Assembly: GCA_965612865.1 (NCBI GenBank)
Contig: CBFDTJ010000020.1
Coordinates: 1 to 21,377, forward strand
DNA: 21,377 nt
Direction: 5' to 3'
Source: an uncultured bacterium
GTDB taxonomy: Bacteria > Caldisericota > Caldisericia > B22-G15
Shown here: positions 15,658 to 21,377 of the stretch, piece by piece
Layout of the letters: the number at the start of each line of letters is the position of its first letter
Numbering within the stretch: the stretch's first letter is position 1
The notes under the pieces: model-generated
The model's input: only the letters and a program-made list of their open reading frames with translations
Told to the model about the DNA's origin: nothing
Database searches by the model: none
Made by a program: the position numbers and the translations under genes

Positions 15658-17681
15658 AGACAATTGAAAAATTAAAAACAATTAGGGTTGCATTGGCTGG
15701 TAACCCAAATTCTGGGAAATCAACTATTTTTAATGCCCTTACAGGGGGACATGCTCATGTGGGAAACTGGCCTGGTGTAACTGTAGAAAAAAAAGAGGGG
15801 AAATTTGAATATAATGGATACAACATAATCGCAACAGATCTCCCAGGAACTTATAGTCTTACAGCATACTCCATTGATGAAAGAATTGCAAGAGATTACA
15901 TTGTAAAGGAAAAGCCAGATGTTGTAGTTTGTGTTGTGGACTCAACAAATCTTGAGAGAAACCTTTATCTCTTAATATCTCTCCTTGAACTTGGGGCAAA
16001 TGTCGTTCTTGATTTAAATATGGCAGATATTATTGAACAAAGAAAAATTAAAATTGATACTAAAAGGATTGAAGAGTTGTTAGGGATTCCAGCTGTAATG
16101 ACCTCTGGAATAAAGGGGACAGGATTGGATAAACTAAAAGAAGCTATAGTTAAAGCGAAAGATAGAAAAGGGAATTCAGTAAAAATTAACTATGGGAAAG
16201 AAATAGAAGAGGTTATAAGAAAGATTGAAGAACAACTTGATGGCATAGTCTCCCCCTATCCAAAGAGATTTCTTAGTTTGAAACTACTTGAAGGAGATAG
16301 CGGGATAATTGAAGAGGTTAAGAAAGCAGGATATGAAAATGTAGTTAAAACGGCACTTCAGGAATCTTCAAGACTTGAAAAGGAATTCGGATTTGATATA
16401 GAAACAGAGATAATAGAAAAAAGATATGGATTCATAGAGGGAATTGTCCATCAATGTGTAAAAAAACTTACTACAATAGAGGAAAAACTCACTGTTTCAG
16501 ATAAGATAGATAAGGTTGTAACAAATAGATGGTTTGGGATACCAATTTTTGCGTTTATGATGTGGCTTACATTCCAGCTCACCTTCACAATTGGAGGCTT
16601 CTTTGCAGACTACATTGATACCTTTTTTGGTTGGCTTGCTGAATCTTCCTCTGCCTGGCTTTTATCAACTGGTGCTCCCAATTGGTTAGCCTCTCTTGTT
16701 GGAAATGGAATTATAAGCGGAGTAGGTGCTGTTCTTGTATTTCTACCAAACATCATGATTATGTTCCTCTTCCTCTCCTTCCTTGAAGATGTGGGATATA
16801 TGGCAAGAGCAGCTTTTATTATGGATAAAGCAATGCATGCAATTGGTCTTCCGGGAAAATCCTTTATCCCGATGATACTTGGATTTGGTTGTAATATTCC
16901 AGCAATTATGTCAACAAGAACCATTTCAGATGAAAGAGATAGACTTCTTACAATACTGATAAATCCCTTCATTTCATGTTCAGCAAGGCTTCCAGTTTAC
17001 ATACTTTTCACAGGAATTTTCTTTGAAAAGAATCAAGGACTTATAGTTTTTTCTCTCTATGCACTTGGGATTTTAATCGCAATTTTATCTGCAAAATTGT
17101 TTAGAACCGCAATACCGAAACTTAAAGGACCAGTAAGCCCCCTTGTAATGGAACTTCCACCTTATAGACTCCCTAGTTTAAAGGTTGTCTCAATCCATAC
17201 ATGGGAGAGAGGTAGAGAATTTTTAAAGAAAGCGGGAACAATAATCTTTGCTGGTGTTATCGTTATATGGCTTCTTGCAAGCATTCCTATGTCTGCTGAA
17301 TATGCAAGTGAAGCAACACTCATTGGAAGATTAGGAAAAGTTTTTGCTCCTTTACTCAAACCAGCAGGATTTCCATTCTGGCAGGCAGCGGTTGCGCTAT
17401 TTTTTGGAATAATAGCAAAAGAAGTTGTTGTTGGAACTTTTGGAACTCTTTTTGGTGGAGAAGAGAATCTCCCTATAGCACTCTCAAAAATATTCACTCC
17501 ACTTTCAGCATACTCATTTATGGTAATGAGCCTTTTATATATTCCATGTATAGCCTCAATCGGTGTTATTTTCAGAGAAACTAACAGTTGGAAATGGACT
17601 GCATTCTCTGTCATCTATAGTCTAATCGTTGGATGGGGTGTAGCAGTTTTAATCTATCAGATAGGTTCATTATTAATTTAA
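15654..17681 (+). CDS. feoB: Ferrous iron transport protein B
   Basis: G1 GNPNSGKS, GNWPGVTVE, DLPGTYSL, NMAD; membrane domain with GYMARAAF, GFGCNIPA, SCSARLP, MELPPYR, LYIPCIA. Confidence 0.97.
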   Translation: MKTIEKLKTIRVALAGNPNSGKSTIFNALTGGHAHVGNWPGVTVEKKEGKFEYNGYNIIATDLPGTYSLTAYSIDERIARDYIVKEKPDVVVCVVDSTNLERNLYLLISLLELGANVVLDLNMADIIEQRKIKIDTKRIEELLGIPAVMTSGIKGTGLDKLKEAIVKAKDRKGNSVKINYGKEIEEVIRKIEEQLDGIVSPYPKRFLSLKLLEGDSGIIEEVKKAGYENVVKTALQESSRLEKEFGFDIETEIIEKRYGFIEGIVHQCVKKLTTIEEKLTVSDKIDKVVTNRWFGIPIFAFMMWLTFQLTFTIGGFFADYIDTFFGWLAESSSAWLLSTGAPNWLASLVGNGIISGVGAVLVFLPNIMIMFLFLSFLEDVGYMARAAFIMDKAMHAIGLPGKSFIPMILGFGCNIPAIMSTRTISDERDRLLTILINPFISCSARLPVYILFTGIFFEKNQGLIVFSLYALGILIAILSAKLFRTAIPKLKGPVSPLVMELPPYRLPSLKVVSIHTWERGREFLKKAGTIIFAGVIVIWLLASIPMSAEYASEATLIGRLGKVFAPLLKPAGFPFWQAAVALFFGIIAKEVVVGTFGTLFGGEENLPIALSKIFTPLSAYSFMVMSLLYIPCIASIGVIFRETNSWKWTAFSVIYSLIVGWGVAVLIYQIGSLLI

Positions 17682-17731
17682 AGAAAGTTAGTAGATATTC
17701 TAAAAATCTTAAAAAAGAAAATTAATAATCT

Positions 17732-17770
17732 TGCAACTCCAGGTGCCTGGCACTCAGAGTTGCATTTTTT
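17732..17770 (+). terminator. Probable intrinsic terminator of the feo operon
   Basis: TGCAACTC (17732-17739) / GAGTTGCA (17757-17764) followed by T6; large 17-nt loop. Confidence 0.65.
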
Positions 17771-17800
17771 CTGCAAACGAAAGATGTAGTATAATCAAAA

Positions 17801-18829
17801 ATGGTGAAAAATTTTTACGATTATTCTGGTGTTGTTCATGTGCATACAACTTTCTCAGGGGACAGCGAACTTCCCCCAGAATCTCTCGTTTCTTATGCAA
17901 AGAGATTTAATGTTGATTTTGTAATAATAACTGATCATAATTCAATAGAGGCAAAATACTTTGAGGGATTTCATGATGGTATTCTATTCCTTGTTGGCGA
18001 GGAGATAACTCCAGAGGAAGGAAATCATCTTCTTGCCTTTGATATTAACAAATTTATACCCCCCGCAAGAAATCCTCAGAAAATGATAGATGAAGTAAAC
18101 AAACAAGGAGGATTATCCTTTATCGAACATCCATTTTTTAATGGAAATAAGTACATCAAACATAGAGTAAAGATGAAGTGGCTTGATTGGAACGTAAAGG
18201 ACTTCACCGGAATGTCAATTTTCAATTACACATGTGATGGTGGCGAAAGGATGACCCCTCTACTTATGGTTATTTTTTATTTCTTTCCCGGGCTTGACAG
18301 AGATAGACCCAATGAAGACACTATCAGGAAATGGGATGAGTTGACGCTTAAAAGAAAAACTGTAGGCATAGGTACAGTGGACGCACATTTTGTTTATTTC
18401 AGATTTGGAAAGAAAAAAATAGAGACATTTCCATTTATATACTACTTTAATTCAATAAGAACCCATGTTCTGTGTGAAGATAAAATATCTCCTCAATGTA
18501 TATACGAAGCCATGAGAAAGGGGCATGTTTATGTATCTCACAACTATTTAGGATTGGGAAAGGGATTCATATTCTGGGCAGAAGTAGAAGATAAAAATTA
18601 TATAATGGGAGATGAACTGGAATTTAGAGAGGGGATTAAACTATTTGCAAAAACACCTCTCAAGGCAAAAATTAGAATTATAAAGGATGGGAAGAAGATA
18701 AAGGAAGTTTTCGGAAGAGAAATCTCTTATAAAGTTATAGAACCTGGGGTCTATAGGATTGAAACAGATAGATTTCACAGACTCCATTTTAACCCATGGA
18801 TATACTCAAATCCCATCTATATAAGATAA
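17801..18829 (+). CDS. PHP-domain metallohydrolase (CehA/McbA-like)
   Basis: VHVHTTFSGD, ITDHN, GEEIT, NHLL, EHP, GTVDAH, C-terminal beta domain ending WIYSNPIY. Confidence 0.85.
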   Translation: MVKNFYDYSGVVHVHTTFSGDSELPPESLVSYAKRFNVDFVIITDHNSIEAKYFEGFHDGILFLVGEEITPEEGNHLLAFDINKFIPPARNPQKMIDEVNKQGGLSFIEHPFFNGNKYIKHRVKMKWLDWNVKDFTGMSIFNYTCDGGERMTPLLMVIFYFFPGLDRDRPNEDTIRKWDELTLKRKTVGIGTVDAHFVYFRFGKKKIETFPFIYYFNSIRTHVLCEDKISPQCIYEAMRKGHVYVSHNYLGLGKGFIFWAEVEDKNYIMGDELEFREGIKLFAKTPLKAKIRIIKDGKKIKEVFGREISYKVIEPGVYRIETDRFHRLHFNPWIYSNPIYIR

Positions 18830-18844
18830 TGTTATAATTATCTT

Positions 18845-19873
18845 ATGGCAAAGATAGAATGGGTAAAGGTTGAAGATTCTGAAGGGCTTATTCTTGCTCA
18901 TGATTTGACAGGTATTGTTCCTTTCAAATCAAAGGGAGCTATTCTAAGAAAGGGACATAGAATTAAAAAGGAAGACATACCTCTTTTACTAAAAATAGGA
19001 AAAGAAAAGGTTATGATCCTATCCCTTGATGAAGATGAAACTCATGAGGATGATGCAGCCTCATTCATTGCAGAGAGATCAACTGGAGAAAACATTGAAT
19101 TAAAAAAACCTGGAGAAGCATGGATTGAGGGATACTCAAAGATAGATGGACTGTTTAAGGTTAAAGTCAAATTATTGAAACAGGGACTCACAATAGAAGA
19201 AATTGTTATAGCAACAATTCCATCAAACACACCAGTAAAGAAAGGGATGAGGCTTACAAAGATAAAGATTGCCCCTCTGTTTATAAAAGAAGAAAAACTC
19301 AAAAGGTTTGAGGATCTAATCCTTGGTGGTCCAATAATGGATATCATTCCATATAAGATTAAAACTGCTGGTGTTGTCACTGTAGGTAATGAGATAGTTT
19401 CAGGAAGAGTAAAGGATGCCTTTGGCCCACTAATTAGAGAGAAATTGGAAAATTATGGAGTTTGCATGTGTGAGCAACTTATTGTTAAAGATGAAGTTGG
19501 TGAGATAGAGGATGCAATCCTTGAAGAAATTTCTCTTGGTAGAGAACTTATCATTGTAACTGGTGGTATGTCACCAGATGATTTTACGGTAAGGGCAATA
19601 TCAGATGTTGGAAAGATAGCTGTTAGAGGTGTTCCAATGTCTCCAGCAGCAATGCTTACCATTGCGTATAGAAATGATGTTCCAATAATTGGAATACCAG
19701 GAGGTGCTTTAACCAATAGAATAACCTCTTTTGATGTATTCTTGCCAAGGATTCTTACTGGAGAGAGAATAACAAGGGAGAAGGTAATAGAACTTGCAAA
19801 TGGCGGGTTGTGTATGAATTGTGAGAATTGTGATTTTCCATTTTGTAGTTTTGGTAAAGGTGGTGAATTATGA
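18845..19873 (+). CDS. Molybdopterin-binding protein (MoeA/MogA-like domain) with C-terminal Cys4 cluster
   Basis: LAHDLT, VTVGNEIVSGRVKDAFGP, VTGGMS.DD.T, GIPG, C-terminal GGLCMNCENCDFPFCSFGKG. Confidence 0.85.
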   Translation: MAKIEWVKVEDSEGLILAHDLTGIVPFKSKGAILRKGHRIKKEDIPLLLKIGKEKVMILSLDEDETHEDDAASFIAERSTGENIELKKPGEAWIEGYSKIDGLFKVKVKLLKQGLTIEEIVIATIPSNTPVKKGMRLTKIKIAPLFIKEEKLKRFEDLILGGPIMDIIPYKIKTAGVVTVGNEIVSGRVKDAFGPLIREKLENYGVCMCEQLIVKDEVGEIEDAILEEISLGRELIIVTGGMSPDDFTVRAISDVGKIAVRGVPMSPAAMLTIAYRNDVPIIGIPGGALTNRITSFDVFLPRILTGERITREKVIELANGGLCMNCENCDFPFCSFGKGGEL

Positions 19874-20481
19874 AATTGGCAGGAGTTGTAATAGCAGCAG
19901 GTGAAGGAAGAAGGATGGGGAGACTTAAGCAGCTCCTTCCATGGAAAAACTCCACAGTTCTTGGAACAATAATTGATACATTAAAGGAAACATCTCTTGA
20001 AAAAATTTATATAGTTCTTGGTCACAGGAGCGAAGAAGTACTTGAGGGAATTAGAAAACACCTTTCAGAGAAAACTAAGATAGTTATAAACAATAGATAC
20101 AAGGAGGGAATGCTTTCTTCAATTCAGGAAGCCCTTAAAAAAATCCCGGATGATTTCTCCGGTTTCCTTCTATTTCTTGGAGATCAGCCCTTTGTAAAGA
20201 AAGAGACTGTGGAGAAGGTGATTGAAAGAGCGAAGATGGGAGACTATCCAATAATTGTTGCCTCTTATCATGGTGAGAGAGGACATCCAACCTTTGTGAG
20301 CCTCTCTCTTAAAGAAAAAATTCTTTCCCTCTCTCCAAGAAAAGAGGGATTGAGGAAAATAATCTATGATGAAAGAAATAAAAACATGGTCCTTGACCTT
20401 GAAACAGAAGATGCAGACGTTGTAAGAGATATGGATACATATGATGATTATTTAAGGGAAAAGGAGAGACACAATGCATGA
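19870..20481 (+). CDS. mocA: Molybdenum cofactor cytidylyltransferase-like nucleotidyltransferase
   Basis: IAAGEGRRMGRLKQLLPW, N.RYKEGMLSSI, FLGDQP, RGHP, DMDTYDDY; adjacent to xdhC. Confidence 0.82.
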   Translation: MKLAGVVIAAGEGRRMGRLKQLLPWKNSTVLGTIIDTLKETSLEKIYIVLGHRSEEVLEGIRKHLSEKTKIVINNRYKEGMLSSIQEALKKIPDDFSGFLLFLGDQPFVKKETVEKVIERAKMGDYPIIVASYHGERGHPTFVSLSLKEKILSLSPRKEGLRKIIYDERNKNMVLDLETEDADVVRDMDTYDDYLREKERHNA

Positions 20482-21238
20482 TAAGGAAATATTTGAAAAG
20501 GCAAATGAACTCCTCAAAAGAGGAGAAGTTTTTTCCATTGTAACAATAATTGAAGCAGAGGGTTCTGCTCCGGGAAAACCAGGATTTAAAATGCTTGTTA
20601 CAAGGGACGGCGAATCCATTGGAACTGTTGGGGGAGGTAGCTTAGAAAATATTTTAATTAAAAAAGCATTAAAGGCAATTGAGTCTCAAAAAACACTTGT
20701 ATATAAAACTCAATTAAAAGATATAGGAATGACATGTGGGGGAAGTGTAGTAGCATTTGTCGATGTTATAGGTGTTATGGACAGAGTAATAATATTCGGC
20801 GGTGGTCATGTGGGACTTGCCATATATAATGTGCTATCCTTACTGCCTTTTAATATTATGGTTGTTGAAGATAGAGAGGAATTTGCAACAAAGGAGAGAT
20901 TTCCAAAAGCAGAAGTTATAAAAGAAGATCCGATACATTTTGCATCCTCCTTTGAAATTAAAGGAAGAGATTTTGTAATTTTAGTTACAAGATCTCATGA
21001 AATGGATTACAAAATTTTGAAAGAGATACTCAAAAGAGATAAAATACCATATTTTATTGGGATGCTTGCAAGCAGAGGAAAAACTGAAAAAATAAAGGAA
21101 TGGCTTAGAAAAGATGGAATTTTAGAAGAAAGAATCAATGCTATTCATGCACCCTTAGGAGTTCCAATAAAGGCAAAAACACCAGAAGAGATAGCTATAA
21201 GCGTTGTGGGTGAAATCATAAAAGAAAAGGAGAAATAA
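20474..21238 (+). CDS. xdhC: XdhC/CoxI-family molybdoenzyme maturation factor
   Basis: GSAPGKPGFKMLV..G...GTVGGG, GMTCGG, FGGGHVG, EDREEFA..ERFP, VTRSHEMD, IHAPLG.PIKAKTPEEIAISVVGEII. Confidence 0.9.
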   Translation: MHDKEIFEKANELLKRGEVFSIVTIIEAEGSAPGKPGFKMLVTRDGESIGTVGGGSLENILIKKALKAIESQKTLVYKTQLKDIGMTCGGSVVAFVDVIGVMDRVIIFGGGHVGLAIYNVLSLLPFNIMVVEDREEFATKERFPKAEVIKEDPIHFASSFEIKGRDFVILVTRSHEMDYKILKEILKRDKIPYFIGMLASRGKTEKIKEWLRKDGILEERINAIHAPLGVPIKAKTPEEIAISVVGEIIKEKEK

Positions 21239-21307
21239 ATGCTCTTTGTTGTTCTTATAATCTCCTTTGTACTTCTTATACTGCTTTATGTGCTTTACTT
21301 AAAATAT
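21239..21307 (+). CDS. Start of a membrane-anchored protein, truncated by the adapter
   Basis: ATG directly after the xdhC stop, SD AAGGAG within the xdhC end; MLFVVLIISFVLLILLYVLYLKY. Confidence 0.55.
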
Positions 21308-21377
21308 CTGTCTCTTATACACATCTGACGCTGCCGACGAAGGCTTAGGTGTAGATCTCGGTGGTCGCCGTATCATT
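21308..21377 (+). other. Illumina Nextera adapter read-through (technical artefact)
   Basis: CTGTCTCTTATACACATCT (Tn5 mosaic end) + GACGCTGCCGACGA + 8-nt index AGGCTTAG + GTGTAGATCTCGGTGGTCGCCGTATCATT (reverse complement of P5). Confidence 0.99.

Noticed and set aside
713..19955. Short antisense or alternate-frame ORFs inside long genes (e.g. 2343..2831, 7394..7702, 12943..13284, 17162..17614)
   Set aside because: Most have the Ser/Phe/Ile-rich composition expected from the reverse complement of AT-rich coding DNA, and all overlap well-supported genes.
18845..21238. Selenocysteine recoding or a selenium-dependent hydroxylase system
   Set aside because: The ORFs are complete without an in-frame TGA, and no selD or yqeC-like gene is visible in the window.
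21308..21326. Tn5/IS50 mobile element end
   Set aside because: It is the synthetic mosaic end followed by Illumina index and P5 sequence; there is no transposase.

Overview
AT-rich bacterial genomic window, probably the end of an assembled contig from an anaerobe. The stalk-domain (copper amine oxidase N-terminal-like) secreted protein suggests Caldisericota or Bacillota, but this is a low-confidence guess. From left to right it holds: the 5' end of tuf preceded by a Thr-Tyr-Gly-fMet-Thr tRNA operon with tandem promoters; a DUF2089/DUF4097/MFS operon; comM(yifB) plus a cyclase-family hydrolase; a frameshifted gene remnant; a four-gene minus-strand cluster (knotted-type carbamoyltransferase A, 490-aa fold-II PLP enzyme, carbamate kinase, divergent carbamoyltransferase B); an unannotated 58-aa membrane protein; a secreted stalk-domain protein; phosphoketolase; a feoC-like/dtxR-feoA/feoA/feoB operon with DtxR boxes; a PHP hydrolase; and molybdopterin-binding/MocA-like/XdhC genes. 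The last 70 nt are an untrimmed Illumina Nextera adapter, not biology. The best candidate for an undescribed system is the two-carbamoyltransferase/PLP/carbamate-kinase cluster, possibly an ATP-yielding double phosphorolysis of a di-ureido substrate. It has a terminator overlapped by an Arg-Arg mini-ORF in front of the second transferase. Other notable signals are a hairpin-interrupted Shine-Dalgarno in front of tuf, a U1-A72 initiator tRNA, five TTGACA promoters that all have 16-bp spacers, three apparently leaderless genes, and an internal in-frame start in the DtxR-FeoA fusion. All product calls rest on motif recognition by eye; no searches were run.
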